Positions 27,822 through 38,000 of a stretch of 64,000 bases of DNA are shown here, one piece after another. Made by a program: the position numbers and the translations under genes. How positions within the stretch are numbered: the stretch's first letter is position 1; each line of letters opens with the position of its first letter. This DNA comes from a virus (lineage: Duplodnaviria; Caudoviricetes). The stretch lies in IMG/VR virus record IMGVR_UViG_3300006922_000005; one strand, written 5' to 3'. The notes beneath the pieces were generated by a model. That model was not told the DNA's origin. It was given only the letters and a program-made list of their open reading frames with translations, and ran no database searches.

Positions 27822-28391
27822 TTATCTTAAAAATTCTGTGGGATCTAAATTGTATTTTATAGAGTTTACTTTGTGTACTTCTAACAAATACAAGACATAA
27901 CTGGCTACACTAGACCCACGTCCAACACCCCATACGATATTGTTTTCACGTAGTGTATCCACCATGTATTTAAGGAATTGTAAAACGTCCATCATAGCAT
28001 GTGACTTGTATAAGTCTAACTCATACTCTACACGTTGTTTTTCTTCAGGTGTTTCACAACGTCCTAATACATAATCTTCTATATCAAACTGTTTATACTC
28101 TTCTGGCATGAACCAATTTAATCTATTATCTTGATCATATCCATCTTGATCTACAGTCGTATCAACTACTGACGATAATCTTGTAATATCATCTCTATTA
28201 CTATCTATAATTGCGTTGTACTTGTTTGCTAGTTCTTCTGGAATAATACAATGTTTAATGTTATCAAATTTGTTTTGATAAATTAGTTCAACAATGTTAC
28301 TTTCGCTAACAGATGATTGACCAATACTAGTTGTCTCGGCCACCGTCGATGACTGTTGGTTTGAAACTGTTTTTCTTTTCTGCGAGTTCAT
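27822..28391 (-). CDS. Stand-alone fragment resembling DNA polymerase III alpha (DnaE); real start probably the GTG near 28343
   Basis: RVEYELDLY...MVDTLRENNIVWGVGRGSSVASYVLYLLEVHKVNSIKYNLDPTEFL; ends before the PDIDxD catalytic motif. Confidence 0.7.
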   Translation of the reverse strand: MNSQKRKTVSNQQSSTVAETTSIGQSSVSESNIVELIYQNKFDNIKHCIIPEELANKYNAIIDSNRDDITRLSSVVDTTVDQDGYDQDNRLNWFMPEEYKQFDIEDYVLGRCETPEEKQRVEYELDLYKSHAMMDVLQFLKYMVDTLRENNIVWGVGRGSSVASYVLYLLEVHKVNSIKYNLDPTEFLR

Positions 28392-28953
28392 ATCCTAAAT
28401 CTTTCCAACTTGCGGCACCTGTCCAAATTGTTTTTGCATCAATGCGTTGATCAAATGTTGCAGTGTCATCTCTAAACCACCACGGAACAATTTTATCATC
28501 AATCCAATCTGTAACTTGTAAATGTTTGTTTTCATAACTGTTGCTGTCTATAGTATATTTTACACTATCTCCTAGTTTGCTGTCAACCGTTATGTTGCCA
28601 AAATAGAAATATTTTCCTGCAATTGATTCAATTTTTTGGTATAATGTTACAGCAAGTAGTTGATCATATGGTGCTCCAGGTAATAATATTTTATTAACTG
28701 GCATTTTAAACCATATTGATTCTGTTTTATTTGTTGGAGAAAATACTACTGAGTTTTCACAAAGACGTTCAATAAGATATTTGATTTTATCAAATCCAAT
28801 ATTTTGCTGTGATATTTCTTTAGACTTAGGTATAAAACTTATTTCTAAGTTATATCTATTAGGATATACAACATCGTCAACTACAACCGTAGCATCAAAA
28901 TGTCCTTTCCAACTAAAAAAGTTTAGTGTTTCGTCTTGGTCTTTACTGTACAT
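28327..28953 (-). CDS. Hypothetical protein
   Basis: 208 aa in the operon. Confidence 0.75.
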   Translation of the reverse strand: MYSKDQDETLNFFSWKGHFDATVVVDDVVYPNRYNLEISFIPKSKEISQQNIGFDKIKYLIERLCENSVVFSPTNKTESIWFKMPVNKILLPGAPYDQLLAVTLYQKIESIAGKYFYFGNITVDSKLGDSVKYTIDSNSYENKHLQVTDWIDDKIVPWWFRDDTATFDQRIDAKTIWTGAASWKDLGYELAEKKNSFKPTVIDGGRDN

Positions 28954-29194
28954 TAATTAATTCACCTAGATCCTTACCGTCGTCTTTGCTTTGTGTTTGT
29001 TGTTCACGCAACTTGTCGTTGCTTCTTTTACGTTGTTCTTCACTATACATAGTTAGTGAATTTTGTAACTGAAATAACACAGACTGGTTCGGTATTCTAG
29101 ATGCAATTAAATATTTTTTTTGTAAACCTGAAATGGTTTCTTGTAGTTCATCATCCGATAAAGAGTTGGGATCTTTTGCTAACGGATTAAACAT
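28943..29194 (-). CDS. Small coiled-coil hypothetical protein
   Basis: 83 aa in the operon. Confidence 0.7.
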   Translation of the reverse strand: MFNPLAKDPNSLSDDELQETISGLQKKYLIASRIPNQSVLFQLQNSLTMYSEEQRKRSNDKLREQQTQSKDDGKDLGELINVQ

Positions 29195-29196
29195 TA

Positions 29197-29787
29197 TTAT
29201 TCAAACTTGCCTTTGTAGTAGATAAAGATATTAGCACCTTGATCTGGTGACCACAATTCAAAAATATGTTTTGTAGTATTATTTCCATCTGTCATATCAA
29301 AGTCGCTTGACAAGTTTAAGTTAGTTGAGTCGGTTAAAATGTTTCCTGAAGGTGTACTAAAGTTTAAAAACTTTTGACTTGTGTTGTTGGATCTTACTTC
29401 TAATGTCATATGGCTTAGTGCATTAGCAGGTCCCCAATTTTGTACAACTACAGTGTTTGTACTTGGCTTTTCAGTAGTACAAATTAATCTACGATAATGT
29501 CCTGCTGTAAAATCTACATTAGTTTCACCTGCAAGTGTTTCAGCACTTGGTGCCGCTAATCCACTATCTTGTAAAATTACTTTTGAAATAGTGTTATCGT
29601 TAAAATCGTTATCTGCTTGTTTACTTGGTGCAGTACCTTCAATAGTACTAATTGCACTTTTCGCACTGTCTATTGCAGTTTTGATATTGCTAAAATTATC
29701 TCTAAACCCTTGCGAATCATTATCTTGTCCTGCTACAGGATAAAGAGCGTCAATACCACCTGTGTTTATATCGTTACTTGTTGCCAT
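29197..29787 (-). CDS. Putative virion structural protein
   Basis: YPVAGQDNDSQGFRDNF N-terminus; late TAAATA at 29820-29825. Confidence 0.6.
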   Translation of the reverse strand: MATSNDINTGGIDALYPVAGQDNDSQGFRDNFSNIKTAIDSAKSAISTIEGTAPSKQADNDFNDNTISKVILQDSGLAAPSAETLAGETNVDFTAGHYRRLICTTEKPSTNTVVVQNWGPANALSHMTLEVRSNNTSQKFLNFSTPSGNILTDSTNLNLSSDFDMTDGNNTTKHIFELWSPDQGANIFIYYKGKFE

Positions 29788-29788
29788 A

Positions 29789-32041
29789 TTAAATTACCTT
29801 CCTTTTTGGGAATACAATGTATTTATCGCCTGCTTCACCTTCTACACTATCAATTGTGAGTCTATCAACTTCAAAGTTAATAGTCTTAAAATCAAAGCCA
29901 CTATCTTGTATATTTTCAAGTACAGTTGCACCGTATCCGGGTTTAGCGTAGGCAATTGGTACAGCCTTAGTGTATCCTAGGGCAGTTCCTGTTGTTGTTT
30001 GCGTACTATTCATCCATAATGGAATGAATTTCTCGTTGATATTTATAATAGTACTATCACCATCAGGATAAAGTTCCTTTAGGCGCTTTTGCATATTGCT
30101 AACACTATTTGGATATAAGAACCGTTTTACTAGTTGATCTATTGTAATAATGTTTGTACTTGCTTTATACTGATTAGTATCTACTGTTAAGTCTTTACTA
30201 TTTTTAGTGATGTCTATTTTACTTGCTACACTGCCGTTTATCTTTTCAGCATCGTCAAATATATCTACATAAAGAATTTCATATATTACATTATTATTGT
30301 CATCTCTTGCTGTTGCAATTTTAACATCACCAAACTTAAAAGTTTTTCTGTGGAAGTTTCTTACTAGTGCTGGAACATATTCTTCAACTTTTAAAGTTTC
30401 AATACCATACTGTAATAACATCTTAATTTGATTTTGTGTACCAAAAGCAGGATCATTAGGTCTATATAAAATATTATCTGGAAAGATAGTATTGTTAGTT
30501 ATGAAGTCATAATAATACTGACGTTTAGGTTTTGGTAATAATGGTTGTAAAAATATATTACTGTACTGTGTAAGTGTATCTGCTGTTACAGCAATTCTAA
30601 ATTGTTTTTCTACAGCACTTTGCTGATAATAATCTCTAGCCTGTACAGTAAATCTAAACTCTCTATCAATTGAAGTAGTTCCACCGTCTAATGTAAAACT
30701 GTTTAAACCAAAGTTTGTTAAATCAACAGTAGTTAATCCATCACCAGCACCTGCCGTAGATTCAAACTGACTAATTTTTCCAATTAGTTCTCCGCCACCA
30801 CTTAAAATAATTCCTGGTGGTAGTACTCCGCTTAGAAATCTATATCTTACATCTGCATTAGATAAAATTGTAGTTGCATCTATTCTTAATGTACTTGTTT
30901 GGTTTGGACTTAATGTACCAATTAACTCTGGTGTTGTAAATGTAATTGTGCTATCAACTTCACCTTGAATCTTTAATATAAACTGACGTGAATGAATTAC
31001 TGATTCAGTAGAGTAAATGTCTTGTCTTTTAATTTGTATTGTAAATGTGTATGTTTCTGTTACTGCAGGTTGATATGGAACCTTACCAAACAACACACCA
31101 TTAGTTGCATCTAGTGTCATACCCGGGGGTAAAATACTAGCACTTGAATCTTCGTTATTAATTAATTCGTATGTAACAGCACCACTAAATTGATTAGGAT
31201 CATATACTTCAAGTGGTATAGTAATAAAGTTATTTGCTCTTTTTATTCCTAGGTTACCTGTTGTTAACCATATAGGAGTTCTCAAATATGTAGCACTTGA
31301 AATAAATGTTTCTGTGTCTGCTTGAATTGCTAGTGTATCAGATCTAAAGTTTTGTTCGTTAACTACAAAAATTCTAAATCTTCTTCTTGCTCTTGTAACG
31401 CCATCACTAACAGTAACAAAAAATTCATAAAATCTATTTAGGTATTTTGGAGCACCACTACCGTCATCGCCTCCTCCATAATCAAAAGGAAACTGATCGT
31501 ATTGTTGTCTATCGTAATTAGTACTTGATGCTTTGTAATCAACAGTAAGTTCTGCTTCAATTATTCCACTTAATTTACCATCTTTAGATAATGTTAAACC
31601 TGGAGGAAGTTCTCCAAATAAATCATCTAAGTAATATTCTAAAGTTTCTCCTGCTGTTAAGTCAGAGTCACCTGCACTTAACTGAAAATCTACGACACTT
31701 CTATTTAAAATAAATTGTTCGCCTTGTGGACCAATTGGCAATGTTCCTTCTGGAGTTAACCAAAACGGAGCATCTTCTCCTTCAACTGTTATTGTAAAAG
31801 TTCTATCTATACTTCCTTCAGTGTTCGATGCACGTATTACAAATTTACTTGTTTGTGTATCTGATACCTCAAAAGGTGTACCTATAATTCTATTACTTTC
31901 AAGACGCAATCCACCAGGGAATGTTCCGCTTTGTAAAGAAAATGTAGTAGCATTAGTAGCGTCTAAGGTGAAAGATTGTGTTGTTCTTTCTTGAATCGTT
32001 CCTAAACTACCTGCTGAAGTTGTCCATACTGGTTTAGCCAT
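29789..32041 (-). CDS. Baseplate wedge-like structural protein with repeated Ig-like (He_PIG-type) segments
   Basis: Repeated LPPGLTL/FPGGLRL/LPPGMTL/LPPGIIL...G.LSG; late TAAATA at 32060-32065. Confidence 0.65.
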   Translation of the reverse strand: MAKPVWTTSAGSLGTIQERTTQSFTLDATNATTFSLQSGTFPGGLRLESNRIIGTPFEVSDTQTSKFVIRASNTEGSIDRTFTITVEGEDAPFWLTPEGTLPIGPQGEQFILNRSVVDFQLSAGDSDLTAGETLEYYLDDLFGELPPGLTLSKDGKLSGIIEAELTVDYKASSTNYDRQQYDQFPFDYGGGDDGSGAPKYLNRFYEFFVTVSDGVTRARRRFRIFVVNEQNFRSDTLAIQADTETFISSATYLRTPIWLTTGNLGIKRANNFITIPLEVYDPNQFSGAVTYELINNEDSSASILPPGMTLDATNGVLFGKVPYQPAVTETYTFTIQIKRQDIYSTESVIHSRQFILKIQGEVDSTITFTTPELIGTLSPNQTSTLRIDATTILSNADVRYRFLSGVLPPGIILSGGGELIGKISQFESTAGAGDGLTTVDLTNFGLNSFTLDGGTTSIDREFRFTVQARDYYQQSAVEKQFRIAVTADTLTQYSNIFLQPLLPKPKRQYYYDFITNNTIFPDNILYRPNDPAFGTQNQIKMLLQYGIETLKVEEYVPALVRNFHRKTFKFGDVKIATARDDNNNVIYEILYVDIFDDAEKINGSVASKIDITKNSKDLTVDTNQYKASTNIITIDQLVKRFLYPNSVSNMQKRLKELYPDGDSTIININEKFIPLWMNSTQTTTGTALGYTKAVPIAYAKPGYGATVLENIQDSGFDFKTINFEVDRLTIDSVEGEAGDKYIVFPKRKVI

Positions 32042-32067
32042 TTTATATCCTCTTACCAGTATTTACC

Positions 32068-35058
32068 TTAACTATCAAACTGACTTACAATCCACCAACT
32101 TGAGTTATACCATACTAGTGTTACAGCGCCGTATTCTGAGTTTTGTGAAACGTTTAAAGTACCAACTGACCCGTTAATTGTTAAGTTAACAATTAGATAT
32201 CTGTCAACAAATGTAGCGCCACCGTTTACACTAAATTGTCCTCTGCTTACAACTTTGATTGTTTTCATTTGTCCATCAACTGAACCTGCACCTAAGTCTC
32301 CATAAGCCTGATCAGCACCTACTGCTGTCCAATCACCTGTTGAAACAAATGTGTTAGTAGAAGTTGTATCAATTGTTTGTGCTGAAGCAGTTCCTGCAAT
32401 ATTTAAAACTTGATTGCTTATATGTGATAGTGTTCCATCAATTCTTACATCACCATCTAAGTGAATATGTCCTGCACCCTGTGATGTAATTTGTAAAGTG
32501 TTACCTGAAGGTATTGAAATCTGTGTTCCTGCAAGAGTTAAACTACCAACATCTGCTTTTGTTGTAGTAATAGCATTGTTTACACCGTCAACAATTAAAC
32601 TAGAATCATCAGCAAATACACTACCTGTTAAGTCGCCGTCAACTGTTCCTACTGTGCTTGTTGCTGTAATACCTAATGCGTTTACAAAACTTTGTGTTAC
32701 TCTTGCATCTACTTTTGAATCTGTAAAGTAAAGGTTAGTTGAACCTTCTGGCAAATTATCAGTAGTATTATTAGTTAATGATACTTTGTTAGCAACTCCA
32801 TCTACTAGTAATGTACTATCATCACCAAACACACTACCTGTTATGTCGCCTGTAATTGAAGGACTTGCTGTATGTGTAATCTCACCTGATGTAGCATCGT
32901 ACATCAATATAGTTGTACCAACTGCACTTCTAATTGGTTTAATTTTTAAACTATTTGCTGTGGTGTTGTCTAAAGTAGCGCCTGAAGCATTAATTACAAT
33001 TGAGTTTGCGGCTTGATTAGTCATACCTGCTTCATATCCAATTGCAACTGCATAATCTGCTTGTGTAGTTTCACCTGCCTGCATACCAATTGCAATTGAG
33101 CGTATCCCTTGGTTTGTTTGACCTGCTTCGTCACCTATTGCTACTGCACCAGTACCTTGTCCTACTTCACCTGCATCATCACCAATTGCTATTGCTTCAT
33201 CGCCTTGACTTGTTTTACCAGCAGTATATCCAATTGCTACTGTATTGGCACCTTGACTAGTTGAACCTGCTAGTCGACCAATTGCTATTGCACTGTTACC
33301 TTGTGTAGTATTACCTGCATTATTACCAACTGCTATTGCGTAGTCGCTTTGTGTTGTTGCTCCTGACGAATCACCAATTGCTACTGCTTTTAATCCTTGA
33401 TTTGTAAGACCCGCTGATGTACCAATTGCTACTGCAAATCCATTTTGTCCAGTTAGTCCTGCACTATTACCAATTGCAACGTTAGTTGAACTTACTGTTA
33501 AACTTGCTGTATCAATATTACCAACAATTTTATTATTGTTACCATCAACTAGTAATGTACTATCATCTCCAAATACTGAACCTGTAAAATCACCATCAAG
33601 TGTTACAAATTCTAATGCTGTTCCACTTGATGCAACTCTAACAAATTTGCCTGCGTCTGCGGCTGATCCTGCATATGAAGCCGGTGTGTCTGTTAAGCCA
33701 ACGAATGTAGATGAACCACCTCCGCCACCTCCGCCAGCACCCCATGCTAATTCTGTACCTGAAACTGGTACAACTAAAACTTCGCCTGCGTTACCAATTG
33801 TTCTTGGAAACTGGTATGCGTTATAGAAATCAACAGTACCTGTACCGTTAGCATCTAATGTTAAATTTTTATTTGAAACATTTGTTTTAATTCCTGTTTC
33901 ACTAATTTCAATATCATTAAGTGTAGCAACACCGCTTGAATTAAATGTAAAGTAAACTGGTTGACTTGCTGGTGGTCTTCCTGTTTCGAACGGAAGTAAT
34001 GCAACTTGATTAACTGTAGCATCTACAATACTTGCACCAACAGCACCTAATCCTAATGCATTATTATCACTGTCATTAATTGTAAATGATATTGTTGAAC
34101 CAGCACCAGTTGTATATGTTTGTCCACCGGACAATGCTTTGTTAACTACTGTTTCTACGTTAAGAGCATTTAATGCAATGTCACGGAAACTTGTTACTGT
34201 AATTAAATCTACAGGTAAATCAACACTTGTTTGTACTGTTAATGGACTAGGCTTAGTTCTATATGCTAAACCAAACTCACTACCTAACTGTCCTTGTACA
34301 CTAATATCAGCAGTATCAATAATAATTTTACCATCGCCACTTATTGTTTGTGCATTTGTATCAAGTGTTCCTGTAAGTTGTCCTTGAATTCCGCCGTTAA
34401 TATTTCCTAAAATCGTTTGTCCTGAACCTAATGTAAGTCCACCGTTAGCAGTAATTAATCCACCAAACTGTGATGTTCCTGTAATTACAGCATTAGTGTT
34501 TACGGTTAAGTTATCAGTAGTCATTGAGTCTGAATCAATTGAACCAATAGATGTAATTGTACTACCGGATCCACCAATAATACTATTACCTAAGATACTA
34601 AGGTCGCCGCCAAGTTGTGGAGTAGCATCATCCCCAACTTCAAATGCTCCTGTAATTACAATATCATTTCCGCTTTTAGTAACAACAATATTTGCATTAC
34701 CACCTTTTATTCCAACTAGTTGTCCTGATGAACTAGCAGTTAGTGTATCGCCATTATCTACTTGAATTGCTCCAAAGTCGTTGTCTGCTAAATTTGTTGT
34801 GTTTATGTATACGCTGTTACCATCAGATGTAAGTGCAATAGTACCATCACTGTTTCTTAATGATTTAAATTCTAAATTCTGTGCAGTTTTTACTTTAAAT
34901 ACACCTTCACCTATACCTAGGTTTGAAGCAGTATTAGTTTCTCCTCCAACAGCAAGTAATTCTGTAAAGTTATCGTTAACTTTATCAAACGCTGTTCTTA
35001 GATCGTCACCTGTACCATCATTTGGATTAGTACCTATATTAATTGTTTGTATTGCCAT
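32068..35058 (-). CDS. Tail fibre/adhesin-like protein, 996 aa
   Basis: N-terminal INIGTNPNDGTGDDLRTAFDKVNDNF module, G/T/S-rich body, YadA-head-like repeats. Confidence 0.8.
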   Translation of the reverse strand: MAIQTINIGTNPNDGTGDDLRTAFDKVNDNFTELLAVGGETNTASNLGIGEGVFKVKTAQNLEFKSLRNSDGTIALTSDGNSVYINTTNLADNDFGAIQVDNGDTLTASSSGQLVGIKGGNANIVVTKSGNDIVITGAFEVGDDATPQLGGDLSILGNSIIGGSGSTITSIGSIDSDSMTTDNLTVNTNAVITGTSQFGGLITANGGLTLGSGQTILGNINGGIQGQLTGTLDTNAQTISGDGKIIIDTADISVQGQLGSEFGLAYRTKPSPLTVQTSVDLPVDLITVTSFRDIALNALNVETVVNKALSGGQTYTTGAGSTISFTINDSDNNALGLGAVGASIVDATVNQVALLPFETGRPPASQPVYFTFNSSGVATLNDIEISETGIKTNVSNKNLTLDANGTGTVDFYNAYQFPRTIGNAGEVLVVPVSGTELAWGAGGGGGGGSSTFVGLTDTPASYAGSAADAGKFVRVASSGTALEFVTLDGDFTGSVFGDDSTLLVDGNNNKIVGNIDTASLTVSSTNVAIGNSAGLTGQNGFAVAIGTSAGLTNQGLKAVAIGDSSGATTQSDYAIAVGNNAGNTTQGNSAIAIGRLAGSTSQGANTVAIGYTAGKTSQGDEAIAIGDDAGEVGQGTGAVAIGDEAGQTNQGIRSIAIGMQAGETTQADYAVAIGYEAGMTNQAANSIVINASGATLDNTTANSLKIKPIRSAVGTTILMYDATSGEITHTASPSITGDITGSVFGDDSTLLVDGVANKVSLTNNTTDNLPEGSTNLYFTDSKVDARVTQSFVNALGITATSTVGTVDGDLTGSVFADDSSLIVDGVNNAITTTKADVGSLTLAGTQISIPSGNTLQITSQGAGHIHLDGDVRIDGTLSHISNQVLNIAGTASAQTIDTTSTNTFVSTGDWTAVGADQAYGDLGAGSVDGQMKTIKVVSRGQFSVNGGATFVDRYLIVNLTINGSVGTLNVSQNSEYGAVTLVWYNSSWWIVSQFDS
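32598..33582 (-). repeat. Three dispersed copies of a TGSVF(G/A)DDS(T/S)L(L/I)VDG module
   Basis: Copies near 32600, 32810 and 33555. Confidence 0.85.
33001..33480 (-). repeat. Ten tandem 16-aa (48-nt) repeats (V/I)AIGxxAGxTxQxxxA, beta-roll/YadA-head-like
   Basis: Counted directly, from VAIGNSAGLTGQNGFA to VAIGYEAGMTNQAANS. Confidence 0.9.
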
Positions 35059-35079
35059 AATAGTTTCCTACACCTTTAT

Positions 35080-38000
35080 TTACAGTCTTCCAACCACAAC
35101 TTCGATGGTTCCAATATCTGTTGAATTATAATCTTGCAGTGCTTTACCGATAACACTCCCTAATTTTGGATTGTCCGTTGCAACTCCAACTCCTGGAACA
35201 TCACTTGTTACAATCATATCACCTTTTGTAATATTACCTACTACTTTACATGGTACACGACCTGTTAATGCTACAGTAACAACAAAGTCTCCTGCTAGGT
35301 CTGCATTCATTAAGTGTGCTGGATTAGTTGAAACTACTCCTGCAACTTTAGTAGTCATCATTTCGTTTGCTTTGGTAACTTCATTTTCACCGCCAAACAT
35401 AATAACTGTGCCTGGCTCATAAGTATTATCACCTAAATAATTCTCTGCCAAGTCAGCAAATCTAGCACTTGTTGCAGTACCTTGGAATAAAGTTGCATAT
35501 ACATTAGCATATTTGTTACCTGATGTTCCAAGATCATATGTATTATTTGCACTTGGTCTAATAGCACGACCAATCAATGTGCCTGTCATTGTATCACCAT
35601 CAATATCTACATAGTCTGCATCGTGATTGTGATTAACTGATGTACTAATATCTGCGGCACCGCTACCATCAAAGTCAACTGTACCTGTTACTGCGCCTGA
35701 TACTGATATTGCTCTTGCTGTTGTAAGTTTAGCCGCACTACCTGCAAATGATGAGTTAGCAACAACTTCTGCTATTGTAAGTGCTGTTGCTCCTGCATTA
35801 TTTTGAATTGTAAAGTTTGTGGCTGTATCTTTTTTCTTAATGACTTCTGCATGTAATGTTGTACCGTAAATATCATTCCAAAATTTTGTACTAGATCCTA
35901 AATCAGTTGTGTTATCTACTTTAGGTTCTAAATTAACAACACGTAAAGTAGTAGCATCGTTCATACTTACTGTGCCGTCTTTCATTAAAGCACCAGCAGT
36001 TTTTACGTTTGCATAATCTGTTACATCTGCACCATCTTCAACATTAGCAATAGTTCTTACCTGTGCAGGTGTAAGTGGACTAACTGCCGACGCCGCACCT
36101 CCGCCTGCAGGTACACCTAAAATACTTGATGCCGCTTGGTGTACAATTTTGCTTAATGGAACACCGTCTGTTAGACCTGTTGAAGTTTTTAAAGTAACCC
36201 AACCTGTGTCAATTGTAAATTGTGAATCATCAAACGCCGCAAGTCCACTTGATTGTTGTATCATACGTGAGTTTGTAACAAAGCCACCGCTGATATAAGG
36301 TGTAAATCCAACTGTTCCGTTTACTGCACCTGTTAGTGCTTGGTCAGTGTAAATTGTAAAGTTTGTATTATCAACTTTACTAATATAATAAAAGTTTGTG
36401 TTAAGTTCAATTGTACCTGCAATATTGTTAATACCAATTAAGTCTCCATTAACAAGATCGTGTGCAGATGAAGTAGTAATTCTAATTGGGTTACTTAAAG
36501 TAACACCACTAATTGCTTTACCACCTGCGTTAGCACTTGCTCTTGCAGTTGCAAGTTCCATGCTTAATTTAGATTGTTGTATTCCAGCAATTTCACTAAC
36601 ATCAGGATCTTTAATAGAACCTGTTGCTAAACCAACTTGTATTGAATTACCTGCTCTTATAAATCTAATGTCACTACCTGTGCCTGTTGGTTCACCAAAT
36701 GTTCTTGAACCACTAACTGCATCAGTTGTAGTATCAAGTGCAGTATTAACCATACCAACAATTGGATTACCTAAACCGTCTACAGTGTTTGTTCCTGTAA
36801 ACATTAATAAATCTGTGTTAGCAGGATTTCCTGTAATAGTTGTACCTTCTAATCCACCAATACTGTTTTGTGTATCTACATATTGTTTTGTAACTGCATC
36901 ACTTCCATCAACTGGATCACGTAACGATTTAATTCTATTACCGTTCATGTCAATTGATCCACTGTCAACAGTACTATCATTTAACATTACAAATGCTGTT
37001 ACATCAGTTCTAACACTGTCTGTAAAGTCACCTTTGAATACACTGTCTGCATATAATTTGTTAATTGCATCAGTGTTGTTTGTTCCTTGGAAAATGTTTG
37101 TAATTTTGTTAGCGTTTAGATTAAGTTCGCCATTCATTCTGTTCCAAGCAAGGTTAGTGCCGTTGTAGCCTGCTCTATTTAATAATCCAAATGTACCACC
37201 AGCCGCCTGTGAACCTGTTGTACTTGGCTCTGGAAAATCACTTCCGTCTTCGTGCTGTCCAATAATACTACTGTTAATATATTTGACTAAAGTTGATTCT
37301 GTTGGTACAGCATCATCTGACTGTCCTTGCATTTTTCTATCAGTTGAAAACTCGTCAATTGATGTACCTTTTGTAAATTTTAAACTGTCAACGTTTGTTA
37401 AACCAATGTTTGCATTAAGTTCAACTGAACCATCGCCTTGGTTAACACGGAAGAACTGTCCAACTCTAAAGTTACCATCTTGGTCTGTACTTGCATAGAA
37501 TGTTCTACCTGATCCAACTTCAACTGCTTCGTTTGCTTGGTCTGCACTAAAGTCTGGTTTACCTTCAGGTGATCCATAAACGTTGTTTGGATAGTTACTG
37601 TCAATATAGTTACCCCAACCAATGTTTAGGAAGTCGTGTCCTGTTGCTCTCATAGTAGAAATACGTGTTGTAACAATTGACGTTGTACCACTTGATAAGT
37701 TTGGTGGAACACGTAAATCTAATAAATGTTCTTGTACATTAGAAACTGTACCAGTTGGTTCTTGTACGTCAAATCTTTCTACGTTTAGAATTCTAAATAC
37801 TTGTGCGTCAATACCTACACCAGCAAATTTTAATGCACTACTTGGTAAAACTCTTGGAGCATCTGTAATACCTGTTAGTAGAACTTTTTTACCAATTGTA
37901 AGTGTAATGTTAGCATCATTTGGAATCTGTGTTCCTGTTCCAATGTTTAGTGCTGATCCTAATGATAGTGTTGCTTTACCACCAAATATTGCATCAGCGC

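Noticed and set aside
33001-33480. The 48-nt periodic repeat as a CRISPR array or DGR template
   Set aside because: It is degenerate at the DNA level and conserved at the protein level inside an ORF; no cas or reverse transcriptase genes are in the window.
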